64,000 bases of DNA, taken from an uncultured Ignavibacteriaceae bacterium (GTDB lineage Bacteria; Bacteroidota; Ignavibacteria; Ignavibacteriales; Ignavibacteriaceae). The stretch is from positions 4,242 through 68,241 of the forward strand of contig CAYSJM010000002.1 of assembly GCA_964431385.1 (NCBI GenBank), given 5' to 3'. A program made the translations under genes and the position numbers. Of the stretch, positions 19,942 to 31,300 are shown in pieces. Position 1 is the first letter of the stretch, and every line of letters begins with the position of its first letter. Below the pieces are notes generated by a model. That model did not search any database. It was not told where the DNA came from and worked only from the letters and a program-made list of their open reading frames with translations.

Positions 19942-21231
19942 ATGGAAATTAAAAGAAGCACCGAACTATTTGAACAGGCGAAAAAATATATTCCGGGGGG
20001 AGTTAACTCACCCGTAAGAGCATTTAAATCAGTTGGCGGAAATCCTGTCTTCATGGCTCGAGGAGAAGGCTCAAAAATGTACGATGTTGATGGTAATGAG
20101 TATATCGATTTTATCGGTAGCTGGGGTCCACACATTTTTGGACATAATCCATCATTCATCAAAAAAGCTGTTCTTGATGCTCTCGAAAACGGTTCAAGTT
20201 TTGGTGCTCCAACCGGTATGGAAGTAAAAATGGCAGAACTTATCACTTCAATGGTGCCCTCCGTTGAGATGGTCAGAATGGTAAATTCAGGAACCGAAGC
20301 CACCATGAGTGCAGTGAGAGTAGCAAGAGGTTACACGGGAAGAGAAAAAATAATCAAATTTGAAGGATGCTACCATGGCCATGCCGATTTTTTCCTTATT
20401 AAAGCAGGAAGTGGTGCCCTTACATTGGGAGAACCGAACAGTCCGGGAGTGACCAAAGGAACCGCCGCTGATACCCTCATCGCAAGATACAATGATCTGG
20501 ATAGTGTAAAAGAGATAGTAAAAAACAACAAAAATGAAGTCGCTGCTCTCATACTTGAACCTGTTGTTGGTAACATGGGTGTTGTCATTCCGACTGAAGA
20601 TTTTATGAACGGTCTCCGTGAACTTTGCAGTGAAGAGGGGATAGTTTTCATTTTTGACGAAGTTATGACCGGTTTTCGTCTGGCTGCAGGTGGAGCACAG
20701 GAAGTATTTGGAGTTACTCCTGACTTGACCACATTTGGAAAAATTATAGGTGGTGGACTTCCGGTAGGAGCTTTTGGTGGTAAACGGGAAATCATGCAGA
20801 AACTCGCACCTCTCGGTCCTGTGTATCAGGCAGGTACTTTAAGTGGCAATCCACTTGCCATGGCTGCCGGTTTTGCTGCCCTCACACATATTAAAGAAAA
20901 TCCGGGAATATACAATCTTCTCGAAGACCGAACAGATCAACTTGAAACAGGATTTAGAGAAAACCTGGAAAAACTTGAAAAATCATACAGAATAAATAGA
21001 ATTGGATCGATGATTAGTATGTTTTTTACCGAGAGTCCGGTGTATGATTTTGATTCTGCTGTAAAATCTGACACTTCTTTATATGCCAAGTTCTTCCATG
21101 GAATGTTGGAAAGAGGAATTTATTTGCCACCGGCACAGTTTGAATCATGGTTCTTGAGCACAGCTCTTAGCGAAGAAGATATTGAGCGGACTGTTAAAGC
21201 TCATTTTGAAACTCTCTCCGAGATGAATTAA
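19942..21231 (+). CDS. hemL: Glutamate-1-semialdehyde 2,1-aminomutase
   Basis: [19 protein letters not shown] and [11 protein letters not shown] (PLP lysine). Confidence 0.9.
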   Translation: MEIKRSTELFEQAKKYIPGGVNSPVRAFKSVGGNPVFMARGEGSKMYDVDGNEYIDFIGSWGPHIFGHNPSFIKKAVLDALENGSSFGAPTGMEVKMAELITSMVPSVEMVRMVNSGTEATMSAVRVARGYTGREKIIKFEGCYHGHADFFLIKAGSGALTLGEPNSPGVTKGTAADTLIARYNDLDSVKEIVKNNKNEVAALILEPVVGNMGVVIPTEDFMNGLRELCSEEGIVFIFDEVMTGFRLAAGGAQEVFGVTPDLTTFGKIIGGGLPVGAFGGKREIMQKLAPLGPVYQAGTLSGNPLAMAAGFAALTHIKENPGIYNLLEDRTDQLETGFRENLEKLEKSYRINRIGSMISMFFTESPVYDFDSAVKSDTSLYAKFFHGMLERGIYLPPAQFESWFLSTALSEEDIERTVKAHFETLSEMN

Positions 21232-21238
21232 TACTGCA

Positions 21239-22123
21239 TTAAAAGAATGGATTGAGAATCCTCTTGTTCTTCAACAGGTAATAGATTGCCAACGGAATAT
21301 AAATGAGGATAAATGAGAAGATGGTTAATGCAAGTCCGAATATCAAAATGGAGTGAAGTTTTCCCAAAAAAGTTGTGATGTGACTGAGTAATAAACCGGG
21401 GTTGAAGTTTAGGAATCCGGAAACCAGATTAAAAATGAAGATTAATCCGATGAGTAAACCAAATCCCGGTAAGGCATTTTTAAGATCAACATGACTTGGT
21501 GCAATGTGTGCTGAAATTGAAGTCATCAAGTAAAGAATGGCGATTGAGAGTAATCCGGGTTTTAGTAAAGTACTGCGTAGGACAGAAAAGTTGGCTACAA
21601 TTCCCGCATAAAATTCCTTAAAGACGGCAGTAAAGGAAGCATTAAGGTTGTTTATGTCAATATTCGATTTCATTGTTTTTGCAGCTTGATCAGGGAAGAA
21701 TGTATCAAACAAAAGGAATAATATCAAACTTCCTATTAGCAGGGGTGCTATTCCGATGAAAAAATTTCCAACTGATTGGTAGATGCTTTTTGTGTTGTAG
21801 TTGTGGGATACATACCCGAGTACGCCCGATGCTTTGTCGGGTTTAAAGAATGCTACTTCCTGAATTTTATGCCCGAAAACGATGCAAAAAAGAGCGTGTG
21901 AAAACTCATGGACGGGGGTGCCTATCCAGGCGGTTATATATACCCCTTTCCATCCTGTCGTTTTATTAAGTGCAATACAAATCATTCTTTGGAGCAAAAA
22001 AAGTAAAAGTGTGATGATTCCGGTTAATCCAAAAATTAAAATAATGTGAATTATCGTATTTTTGGAGGCACTTAAAAAAATATCGATCATGCTAATCTGG
22101 TAAAATTTATAGATGTGTTTCAC
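21239..22123 (-). CDS. Polytopic membrane protein with an HExxH motif (M50B-like putative metalloprotease)
   Basis: GTPVHEFSHALFCIVFGHK sits within a multi-TM protein and resembles the HELGHA..G signature of peptidase_M50B-like proteins. Confidence 0.4.
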   Translation of the reverse strand: MKHIYKFYQISMIDIFLSASKNTIIHIILIFGLTGIITLLLFLLQRMICIALNKTTGWKGVYITAWIGTPVHEFSHALFCIVFGHKIQEVAFFKPDKASGVLGYVSHNYNTKSIYQSVGNFFIGIAPLLIGSLILFLLFDTFFPDQAAKTMKSNIDINNLNASFTAVFKEFYAGIVANFSVLRSTLLKPGLLSIAILYLMTSISAHIAPSHVDLKNALPGFGLLIGLIFIFNLVSGFLNFNPGLLLSHITTFLGKLHSILIFGLALTIFSFILIYIPLAIYYLLKNKRILNPFF

Positions 22124-22152
22124 AATTTACAAAAAAAACGGATTTTTCATCT

Positions 22153-22785
22153 ATGATTATTGATAAAAAAGCACAGGCCAATGAAGTTACTACCCGCCTA
22201 AAAGAGATTTATCCGGATGCTGTTTGTGCATTAAACTTTTCTTCGGCGTTTGAACTTCTGATTGCCACTATTTTATCAGCACAATGCACAGACGCAAGAG
22301 TTAATATCGTAACAAAAGAACTCTTCGAAAAATATAAATCAGCTTCTGACTTCACCAACGCCCAAATTGAAGAGATTGAAAAGGCTATTTTCTCAACCGG
22401 TTTTTACCGTCAGAAAGCGAAAAGTATAAAAAACTGTTGTGAGATACTTGTTTCAAATTATGGTGGGGAAGTACCAAATAATTTTGATATTTTGCGTGAA
22501 CTGCCGGGAGTTGGAAGAAAAACTGCTTCCGTTGTAGTTGGGAATGCTTATGGTGTACCTGCAATAGCTGTTGATACACATGTAAAACGACTTTCGAACC
22601 TTCTTGGACTTGTAACCACACCCGATCCTGAAAAAATTGAAGCAGAGTTGAAAGATTTATTGGAACCTGCTGAATGGGTACAATTCTCACACCAACTCGC
22701 AACTCACGGTAGAACCGTTTGTTTTGCCAGGAAACCTGAGTGCGGGAATTGCATCTTAAGCGATATTTGCCCCTCCTCAAGATAG
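22153..22785 (+). CDS. nth: Endonuclease III (DNA glycosylase/AP lyase)
   Basis: HhH-GPD motif LPGVGRKTASVV, catalytic DTHVKR, and a C-terminal 4Fe-4S cluster CFARKPECGNCILSDIC. Confidence 0.9.
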   Translation: MIIDKKAQANEVTTRLKEIYPDAVCALNFSSAFELLIATILSAQCTDARVNIVTKELFEKYKSASDFTNAQIEEIEKAIFSTGFYRQKAKSIKNCCEILVSNYGGEVPNNFDILRELPGVGRKTASVVVGNAYGVPAIAVDTHVKRLSNLLGLVTTPDPEKIEAELKDLLEPAEWVQFSHQLATHGRTVCFARKPECGNCILSDICPSSR

Positions 22786-22931
22786 AAGATAGTGCAAAAA
22801 CTGACAAAAATGTAGCTATTTTGAAATGTCCTCTATTTTTGATTTAGATTGTTAACTAATTATTAATTATCTTGAATATCGAAGAAAAAATTTTTAGAAC
22901 TCGCCGAGGCATACGAGTCATAAATTATGAC

Positions 22932-22958
22932 TTGACAATCATTCCAGATTGTTATAAT
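22932..22958 (+). promoter_or_regulatory. Possible sigma70-type promoter for porU (TTGACA ... TGtTATAAT)
   Basis: TTGACA at 22932..22937 and an extended -10 TGTTATAAT ending at 22958. The spacer is only 15 bp, so the call is tentative. Confidence 0.3.
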
Positions 22959-23043
22959 TTGCCTCAAAAACCGGAGCAATTATACGAGATTTTTATACTA
23001 AGTTTATCAAAGTTTGTTTGTAAATAACAATAAACCGGAAAGT

Positions 23044-26000
23044 ATGTTCAAAAAAATCTCATTGTCGATTGTTGCTCTGTTCCTCACAGCGTTTCCTCAG
23101 AGTGATTTAAGACTCATTCAGTCAAATGCCGCATCATGTATAATTGAGTTTATGCCCGATTATACTGATACAAATATGCATCAATTCGGCTCTAAACTGT
23201 ATCGTGAGATCAATTTTCAAGGATCGAGTATTTTACCGGGGCTGAAACCGGGAATGCCGAACACCAAATCAAAAATAATTACTCTTGGTGTCCCTTATGA
23301 AAATGGTGTTACCGCCGAAATACTTTCCGCATCATATAAATATTTTGATGGAGAACTACCACCGGTTGCTGAATTGTCGTTTAACGAAGACAGATCTCCC
23401 GTTTATACCTACCAAACAAAACCTGTAACGACTGATTTAGTCGGCAATTTGGTTTTTGGTGAGAGCGGAACAGTAAGAGGATTAAGTGTTCAAGACTTTC
23501 ATATTGTTCCCGTTATTCCGGAATCGGGTAAATTAAAAGTACTTACAAAAATCCAAATCAAATTTTCTTTCGCAGGTACCTCAACTTCCGCCAATTTTGA
23601 AGATGAGTTGCTTAAGAATTTGGTTGTAAACTATAGCGTAGCCAAACAGTGGATTTCAAGAGTTAAACCTTCACTTAAAAAAGGTACAGGAATTGGCTCG
23701 ACTGTTTTGTCTTCAGGGAAGTGGATCAGATTTGAAGCTCCTGAAGAAGGTTTTTACAAAATAAGTTACGACCAGTTACGAAATTATGGCATCGACCCCG
23801 GTACTGTAAATCCTAAAACCATAAAGATTTACAATAATGGCGGGTATGTCCTCTCTGAAAATATTTTGATGCCGAGACCCGATGATTTGCAGGAGATTGC
23901 GATCACGATTAACGGTGAAGATGATGGAAAATTCGACCCCTCAGATAATATTATCTTCTATGGTAGAGGGACAGCTTTTTGGTACTACGATACTCTTGGC
24001 AGACAGATGATGAGAAATCAACATCCTTATTCTGCTAAAAACTATTTCTGGATCACTTCCGGTGGTGCCGGTGGTAAAAGAACAGGGACAAAAGTTGCAG
24101 TTTCTGATCCAAATCCTACTATTGTTGAAACTTCGAGTGCTTACGAATTTTGGGATGAAGATAAAATTAATGTTGGTCAGAGCGGAAGATATTTTGTCGG
24201 TGATGAATTTTCACAATCTGTAAAATCGAGAGTTTATCAAAGAAAAGTTGAAGGCATTGTCCCCGGGTCTCCTTCATATTATCGTTATTGGTTCGTAAAT
24301 CGTTCTACTGACAGAATTAGTCTCACAATCGAAGAGAATGGAAATCTTGTAAGACAAAGCAGTATGACAGGCATCGGCACCGATCCGTATTCCTACGGCA
24401 GAATGGATAGTGCAAGAAGTTTAACTCATTTTGGTACTTACCCCGATGAACGAAGTGTACTTAGATTTACTTTTGGTGCTCTAAACAGCACTTCGTATGG
24501 CTACCTTGATTTTTATGAAATTACTTACACACGGTATTTGAAAGCTTACAACGATTTGCTTTTGTTCTTTTCACCAAGAATTGCCGCTACTTCAGGTCCC
24601 GACTCACTTTATGAGTACAGGTTGAATAATTTTTCGAATACCAACATCAAAGTTTATGATATCAGTGACCATTCTGATATAAAGCTTATGACAAATCCGG
24701 TCATGCAGAGTGGAAGCGAATACAGATTTAGAGTATATGAGAAGCCGAATTTTGTGAGCAGATACTACGCTTTTTGTGGTGATCTTTATAAAACACCGGT
24801 GAATTTGCAGGAAGTCGCAAATCAGAATATTCGAGGTGATCTTTCAGGTGCAAGACTCATCCTGATAACAAGCAAGGATTTTTCGGAGTCTGCGAACAGG
24901 TACAAACAGTACAGAGAATCGAGTACTACAGATCCACTCTCGGTAAAAGTCTTCTTTGTTGATGAGATAATTAACGAGTTTAATGGTGGGAGTCTGGACC
25001 CAAGTGCACTTAGAGATTTTATTAAATACGCATTTGACAACTGGCAAATTACTCCTGAATTTGTATTTCTCTGGGGTGATGGTGATTATGACTTTAAGAA
25101 CATTGAAGGCAAAAACAAAAATTTTGTTTTAACCTACCAAACACGGGAGTTCTTACAGGAGATTGATGCTTTTCCTACAGATGATTTTTTTGCATGGATA
25201 TCGGGTAATAACAGGAAAGTTAATCTTGGAGTGGGAAGGGTCGCAATTCAAACCCAAAAACAAGCAAATGACTATCTAAACAAGATTATCGCGTACGAAC
25301 AAAGCACCGATAAAAACGCATGGAAAAATCTGATTACTCTGGTTGCTGATGATAATTTGACTTCACAAGGTATCGACCTGGCAAGAAACACTGAACAATC
25401 GGAGAGACTTTCACAATCGGTAATCCCAAAGGAATACGATCAGAAGAAAATTTATCTTATCAACTATCCAACTGTGCAGACGAGCCTTGGACGCCGTAAA
25501 CCGGAAGTAAACTCTGCGATAGTAAATTCGATAAATGAAGGGACAGTTCTATTAAATTATATCGGTCATGGTAGTCCTGAACTTTGGGCACATGAGCAGG
25601 TTTTTGTTAAGAGTTCCACCATTCCGCAATTGAAAAACAGTCGCTATTTCTTCTTGACAGCTGCAACTTGTGACTTTGGATATTATGATAAAACCGATGT
25701 GCAAAGTGCTACGGAAGATCTGCTTTTTCTTCCAAACGCGGGTTCAATTGGAGTGTTCACCGCTGTAAGACCGGTATTTTCAGAACAAAACACTGTATTG
25801 AATGATGATTTTTATTCACAGTTGTTAAGTTCACAAAAAGATATTAACAATTTACCAAGGAGAATAGGTACTGCATATTTCCTCACAAAGATGAAATTTA
25901 CGAGTGCCAACGATCAAAAATTCCATCTTTTTAGTGACCCGGGTTTAAGATTGGCATTGCCGCAGTTCAATGGTAAAGTCGATTCGATAAATGGAATTGA

Positions 26001-27033
26001 TCCAATTGTTCAGACAATACCCGTTAAAGCTTTAAATAATATAAAGATAGCGGGCACTATTAAAAAAGCTGACGGTAGTAATTGGAACGATTTTAACGGT
26101 GAAGGGTTGCTCACAGTCTATGATGCTGAAACAACCTTGCCACTACCCGAGATTGGTCCCAATGTAAGTATGAAGGTGCCAGGTGGTCTGATTTTTAGAG
26201 GCAGAGTATCCGTTGTTGGTGGAAAATTTAATACAGATTTTGTTGTACCAAAGGATATCTCTTACGACAATCAAAAAGGGAAAATTGTTTTCTATTTCTT
26301 TAACAGTGAAAAAGATGGGATAGCATTTACGAATAATGTTTCTATCGGCGGTGTTGATCAATCTGTAATAAACGATGGGAAAGGTCCTGTAATTGAGATT
26401 ACTTTTGATGACGCACAATACGAGAATGCATATCTTATTAATCCCAATTCAACTCTCGTGGTATCATTAAAAGATGAAACAGGCTTAAATACTACAGGTC
26501 TTGGAGTTGGGCATAAGCTTGAAGCAATTTTAAACGGGAACGAACAATATCCACTTGATTTGACTAATTTCTTCACCGGAGATCTAAATTCCGGGGGTAA
26601 AAGTGGTAAAGTTAATTACAAGTTTACAAATTTGGAACCGGGTATTTATAACATTCGTATAAAAGGATGGGATGTGTTTAACAACGCCTCCACAGCAGAT
26701 GCAGAATTTAAGGTTGTATCCGGAAGCGGAACTGCAGTTGAATATGTTATGAATTATCCAAATCCATTCTCTTCAAATACATTTTTCACTTTTCAGCACA
26801 ATATAGCAGGAACAGTTGATGTACGAATTCTGATTTACACCATTGCCGGACGCAAGATAAAAGAGATAGATTCAAAATGGGTTAATGACCGTTTTGTGAG
26901 AATCGAATGGGACGGTCGTGACCAGGATGGTGATCTCGCCGGGAATGGCACTTATCTTTATAAATTGATAGTCAAACCATCCATGGGTGGTGAGACAAAA
27001 ACTGTGCTCGGTAAACTAAGCATAGTACGATAG
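23044..27033 (+). CDS. porU: T9SS C-terminal-signal peptidase/sortase PorU (C25 gingipain-like)
   Basis: Signal peptide from the ATG at 23044. C25-type catalytic motifs NYIGHGSPELW and LTAATCDFGYYD. Size ~1330 aa, a C-terminal T9SS-type domain (NYPNPFSSNTFFTF..GTYLYKL..) and porV immediately downstream. Confidence 0.8.
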   Translation: MFKKISLSIVALFLTAFPQSDLRLIQSNAASCIIEFMPDYTDTNMHQFGSKLYREINFQGSSILPGLKPGMPNTKSKIITLGVPYENGVTAEILSASYKYFDGELPPVAELSFNEDRSPVYTYQTKPVTTDLVGNLVFGESGTVRGLSVQDFHIVPVIPESGKLKVLTKIQIKFSFAGTSTSANFEDELLKNLVVNYSVAKQWISRVKPSLKKGTGIGSTVLSSGKWIRFEAPEEGFYKISYDQLRNYGIDPGTVNPKTIKIYNNGGYVLSENILMPRPDDLQEIAITINGEDDGKFDPSDNIIFYGRGTAFWYYDTLGRQMMRNQHPYSAKNYFWITSGGAGGKRTGTKVAVSDPNPTIVETSSAYEFWDEDKINVGQSGRYFVGDEFSQSVKSRVYQRKVEGIVPGSPSYYRYWFVNRSTDRISLTIEENGNLVRQSSMTGIGTDPYSYGRMDSARSLTHFGTYPDERSVLRFTFGALNSTSYGYLDFYEITYTRYLKAYNDLLLFFSPRIAATSGPDSLYEYRLNNFSNTNIKVYDISDHSDIKLMTNPVMQSGSEYRFRVYEKPNFVSRYYAFCGDLYKTPVNLQEVANQNIRGDLSGARLILITSKDFSESANRYKQYRESSTTDPLSVKVFFVDEIINEFNGGSLDPSALRDFIKYAFDNWQITPEFVFLWGDGDYDFKNIEGKNKNFVLTYQTREFLQEIDAFPTDDFFAWISGNNRKVNLGVGRVAIQTQKQANDYLNKIIAYEQSTDKNAWKNLITLVADDNLTSQGIDLARNTEQSERLSQSVIPKEYDQKKIYLINYPTVQTSLGRRKPEVNSAIVNSINEGTVLLNYIGHGSPELWAHEQVFVKSSTIPQLKNSRYFFLTAATCDFGYYDKTDVQSATEDLLFLPNAGSIGVFTAVRPVFSEQNTVLNDDFYSQLLSSQKDINNLPRRIGTAYFLTKMKFTSANDQKFHLFSDPGLRLALPQFNGKVDSINGIDPIVQTIPVKALNNIKIAGTIKKADGSNWNDFNGEGLLTVYDAETTLPLPEIGPNVSMKVPGGLIFRGRVSVVGGKFNTDFVVPKDISYDNQKGKIVFYFFNSEKDGIAFTNNVSIGGVDQSVINDGKGPVIEITFDDAQYENAYLINPNSTLVVSLKDETGLNTTGLGVGHKLEAILNGNEQYPLDLTNFFTGDLNSGGKSGKVNYKFTNLEPGIYNIRIKGWDVFNNASTADAEFKVVSGSGTAVEYVMNYPNPFSSNTFFTFQHNIAGTVDVRILIYTIAGRKIKEIDSKWVNDRFVRIEWDGRDQDGDLAGNGTYLYKLIVKPSMGGETKTVLGKLSIVR

Positions 27034-27067
27034 AGTTTTTAATTTATTTTTCATTGGAGGTTAATTA

Positions 27068-28228
27068 ATGAACAAGTTCAAAATCACATTCCTGAGTTTC
27101 TTTTTAGTTATCGGGTTCGGTAAATCCGTCCTTGCTCAGGGAGAAGCAGCAGTACCATTTCTTTTGATCGCTCCTGATTCAAGAGGTGGTGGTATTGGAG
27201 AGTCCGGAGCAGGTCTCGCGGATAATTCATCTGCTGTATTCTGGAATCCTGCAGGAATCGCATTTCTTTCCGGTCAGGAATTCAGTTTCACACACTCTAA
27301 CTGGTTACCACAGTTTAAACTCGATCTTTTCTATGATTATGCAACATATAGAAATTACATAGAAGATATTAACGGAAGTGTAACTGCAAGCATCACTTAC
27401 ATGAACTATGGTGAGTTTGTAAGAACAGGTCCCGATTCACCGGATCCGCTTGGTACTTTTAGATCATTCGACATGGCTGCAACCGTCGGATATGCTACAA
27501 AGTTATCACAGGATTGGGGACTTGGAGTTAACTTAAGATTAATTCACAGTCGTCTCTCTGATCAGCCTACAGGACAAGAACAGGGCACCGGAACGGCTAC
27601 TTCTGTTAGCTTTGACCTTGGCTTCATGTGGAGACCTACTTCACTCGTTCTTCCTTTCGTCGATTATGACTTGGGAAACAAATTTTCCGTCGGGTTAAAT
27701 CTTAGCAATTTAGGACCAAAAATTTCTTACATTGATAGAGCACAGGCAGATCCAATTCCGACTCAATTTAGACTTGGTATCGCATACAGAATTTTATCTG
27801 ATGAATACAACAGCTTGACCTACACCCTCGATTTCACAAAACTCCTCGTTAGAAGATATGCGGATGGAACCAGTGATGATTTTTACAAAGCTGTCTTCAC
27901 TGCATGGGGCGACAAACCAATAGGCGAAGAACTCGCTGATGTGGTTACTTCGATGGGTCTCGAATACTGGTATGGAACCCCGGGCGACTTCCTGTTTGCT
28001 CTTCGTTCAGGTTTCTTTTATGAAGACCCTAACTATGGAAACAGAAAATTCATCACACTTGGTGCCGGTATCAGATATGATATCTATGGATTTGATTTTA
28101 GCTACATCTCAACATCAGTCTTCAAAGATGGTGAAAATCATCCATTGAGCGATACACTTCGTTTCACAATTCTCGTGGGATGGGGTGGTTTGGCTGATCA
28201 AGGAAAAGGCCTGCCAAGAGGTCTTTAA
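27068..28228 (+). CDS. porV: T9SS outer-membrane shuttle protein PorV (LptO)
   Basis: Signal peptide, then FLLIAPDSRGGGIGESGAGLADNSSAVFWNPAGIAFL, typical of the PorV N-terminus. FadL-like barrel of ~386 aa. GGAGG lies 8 nt upstream. Confidence 0.8.
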   Translation: MNKFKITFLSFFLVIGFGKSVLAQGEAAVPFLLIAPDSRGGGIGESGAGLADNSSAVFWNPAGIAFLSGQEFSFTHSNWLPQFKLDLFYDYATYRNYIEDINGSVTASITYMNYGEFVRTGPDSPDPLGTFRSFDMAATVGYATKLSQDWGLGVNLRLIHSRLSDQPTGQEQGTGTATSVSFDLGFMWRPTSLVLPFVDYDLGNKFSVGLNLSNLGPKISYIDRAQADPIPTQFRLGIAYRILSDEYNSLTYTLDFTKLLVRRYADGTSDDFYKAVFTAWGDKPIGEELADVVTSMGLEYWYGTPGDFLFALRSGFFYEDPNYGNRKFITLGAGIRYDIYGFDFSYISTSVFKDGENHPLSDTLRFTILVGWGGLADQGKGLPRGL

Positions 28229-28237
28229 TTTTTCAGG

Positions 28238-28270
28238 TCAGGGGACAGGAAACTGTCCCTTGATTTTTTA
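28238..28270 (+). terminator. Intrinsic terminator after porV
   Basis: TCAGGGGACAG (28238..28248), loop GAAA, CTGTCCCTTGA (28253..28263), then TTTTTT. Confidence 0.7.
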
Positions 28271-28360
28271 TACCTAAAAGCCTGTTTTTTTCGCTTTTCT
28301 GTTTTTCTTAATCCTCTATAACCTTATCTTTAAAATTTGTATAAATTTTATTCTCGGCAA

Positions 28361-31300
28361 ATGAAAATACTTAAAACTTCAATATTTATATTATTATTGA
28401 TACCCCTCACTTTTGCACAAGTGATGAAGCCCTCAATATCTTCACAAAAGACTTTCCCGGGTATCACCTCTTCAACTTCTTCTGACACAGTTAAAATTCT
28501 CGCTGTTATGGCTGAATTTCAGGCGGATAACGACAACACCACCATAGGAAATGGTACTTTCTCTTCGATTTACTCTCAAGACTATGGTAAAAAAATTGTC
28601 GATCCACTTCCACATGAAAGAAATTATTTCCTCGCTCATCTCGAATTTGTTAAAAATTACTATCATAAAGTGTCGAACGGGAAACAAGTTGTAATTTTTG
28701 AGGTTTTACCTAATACTGTAACGCTTTCAAAAACGATGCGGAATTATTCACCTCCGATAAATTCAACAGATTTTAAAGTGATGGGGGACTATGTTCAAGA
28801 AACCTGGACTTTGGCAGATCAGGCTAATCCCGGCTTTAATTTTAAGGATTACAACCTCTTCTTCATTTTCCATGCAGGTGTGGGACGCGATGTAAGTTTG
28901 CCGGGTAGCCTGGGGAACGAACGCGATTTACCCTCAATTTATTTTAATCTGCCTGCTTTACAGAAATTTTATGGTTCAAGTTTTCAGGGTGTTCCCGTAA
29001 GTGGTGGTACATTCAACATTCAAAATACCGGCATCCTTCCCCAAACACAAAACAGGGAAGTCTCATCATTTAACACTAAATTTTTATATCAGATTACTAT
29101 CAATGGATTGCTTGTTTCTACTGTGGCAAGCTATCTTGGACTTCCTGACATGTTTGATACCAATACCGGACTAAGTGCTATCGGAAGATTTGGTTTGATG
29201 GATGGGCAATCAATTTTTGCTTATAATGGAGCATTCCCACCGGAACCTTCGCCTTGGGAAAAAATCAAACTCGGATGGATCACACCGATCGAATTTTCAG
29301 GTTCTCTTAAAGATGTAACCATAGCTGCCAAAAACATTGCTCAGCTTGGCGATACCTCAGTACTGAAGGTAAGGATCAACGAATTAGAATATTTTTTGAT
29401 CGAAAACCGTCAAAGAGATGCGTTTAATGACGGAGCTAAACTTACTCTAAAGGATGGCAACACTTCAACCACCAGAACATACATAAAAGATACTACAGGA
29501 TTTTACAGCTATTCTATTGACTCGCTTACGGGTGTGCTCGTTGATGTAGATGAATTTGACTGGGCTCTTCCGGGCAGTGGAATACTCGTTTGGCATATCG
29601 ATGAAAAAGTGATTAATGCAAAAATTGCAGATAACAAAGTAAATACGGATAAAAAACGGCGTGGTGTTGCTGTAGTTGAAGCAGATGGCGTTAACGATAT
29701 CGGTGAAAAATTCCTCACAATTTTCGGAGATGAGGTGGTGGGGGAAGGTACTGAATACGATTTTTGGTTCCTCGAGAATAAGGCTGATTTGTACAAAAAC
29801 ATTTTTAACAATACTTCGCGTCCCAACACCAAAAGCAACGACGGAGCCAACTCCCTGGTCACTCTGAAAAATTTCCCGTCAAATTCAAGCAGGATGAAAA
29901 TGACGATTTCGCTTGGTGATTCGCTGATCAAACCGTTTCTCGCAGGTAAATCTGTTCAGGGTGATAACATCACTCAAATAATGGTTGATGGATCAAATAT
30001 TTTTGCTATGTCGGGCAATGATCTTTTGCAATTAGACGCAAACATGAGCGTGTTAAATCGTTTTTCCGGGTTTAGTGCTCAACCGGTTGCTTATTTGAAC
30101 AAGAACAATATCTTCTATATCGCAGGTGCATCAGGTACAGCTGTAAATCTGGTTAAAGTAACAGGTGGGGTACCCGTATTATCATCACTCACTGTTTCTG
30201 CATCAATCACTTCACAAGTTGTGATATCAACAAACAATTTTGAATCTGACAGACTTATTGTTGGAAATGCTGCCGGCAACATTTACCGTATCGCTGTTGA
30301 ACCATTAACTTTGCTTGATTCGATAAAAGGTGAAGCAGGAGTACCTGTTAACTATCTTTACAATCGTGACGGAGCATTAAAATATATCCAGAAAAAGAAC
30401 ACTACGAGTTATAATGTGGGTGATTTCGCCAGCTCGTATATTACCTCATCGGGCAACTTCCTGGATGCTGTGATGGTACAGAATTCAACCGGGAATTCTC
30501 TATTAGTGCTTGAGGAAGGAAATAGGATTAAACCTTACCCCGACGCTGTTCTCGCTATCGATAAACCCGGAAATTCGTTGCCGATTAAATCCGAGTATAT
30601 TCTGCTCAAAGGTTCATCTCCAATTACAGGTTTCTCCGTAGCCGACAACAAGTTGGATGGAAATCTTTATATAAACTATGTTTCAGGAAATGAATTTTAT
30701 TCGGTTAACCAATCAGGTTCGGTTGCAGAGAATTTCCCTTTCAAATTACCGGGAACCGATCAGTTTGAAGGAATTCCTGTTGCTGCTGATCTTTACAGTA
30801 CGACGCACCCTGAATTGGTGAGCTATACCAAATCCGGTCTGATCTACGCTCTTGATGCACTCACAGGCAAAACCATAGATGGATTCCCACTATCGATCGG
30901 AGAACAACTGAACGATAATTTATCGTTTGCTCCTTCATTTTTTAAGACATCCTCGAAAACCGGGCTCGCAGTGATGGGAAAATCAGGTTATTTGTCGTCC
31001 TGGCTATTAAATGAATTCTCCGGTGTTATCTATTTTTCAGGACGATATGGAAGCGGGCAAAACTCTTCTTCGGTTCTTGCCTCAACGGGACAATTAAAAA
31101 CAACCGAGTACTTCCCACAGGCAAATGTTTACAACTACCCAAATCCGGTTGTTTCGGGAGAAACTTTCATACGATTCTTTGTGTCTGAAGATTCTGATAT
31201 TTTTGTAAAAATCTTCGATCTGGCGGGTGATTTTGTCGCTGATCTAAAAGGTTATGGACAAGGCGGGATGGATGGAGAAATCAAGTGGAGCGTGGGTAAT

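Noticed and set aside
20370-20795. 141-aa minus-strand ORF inside hemL.
   Set aside because: It lies fully inside hemL on the opposite strand, with a low-complexity P/S/T/A-rich translation typical of antisense frames.
22385-22807. 140-aa minus-strand ORF overlapping nth.
   Set aside because: It is antisense to a complete, motif-rich nth gene and has no recognisable motif.
29509-29931. 140-aa antisense ORF inside the M6-like gene, and similar antisense ORFs at 53337..53771 (argS), 41850..42152 (rel), 16091..16384 (htpG) and 17606..17923 (gltA).
   Set aside because: All lie inside long genes with clear motifs on the other strand. They are considered frame shadows of an AT-rich genome.
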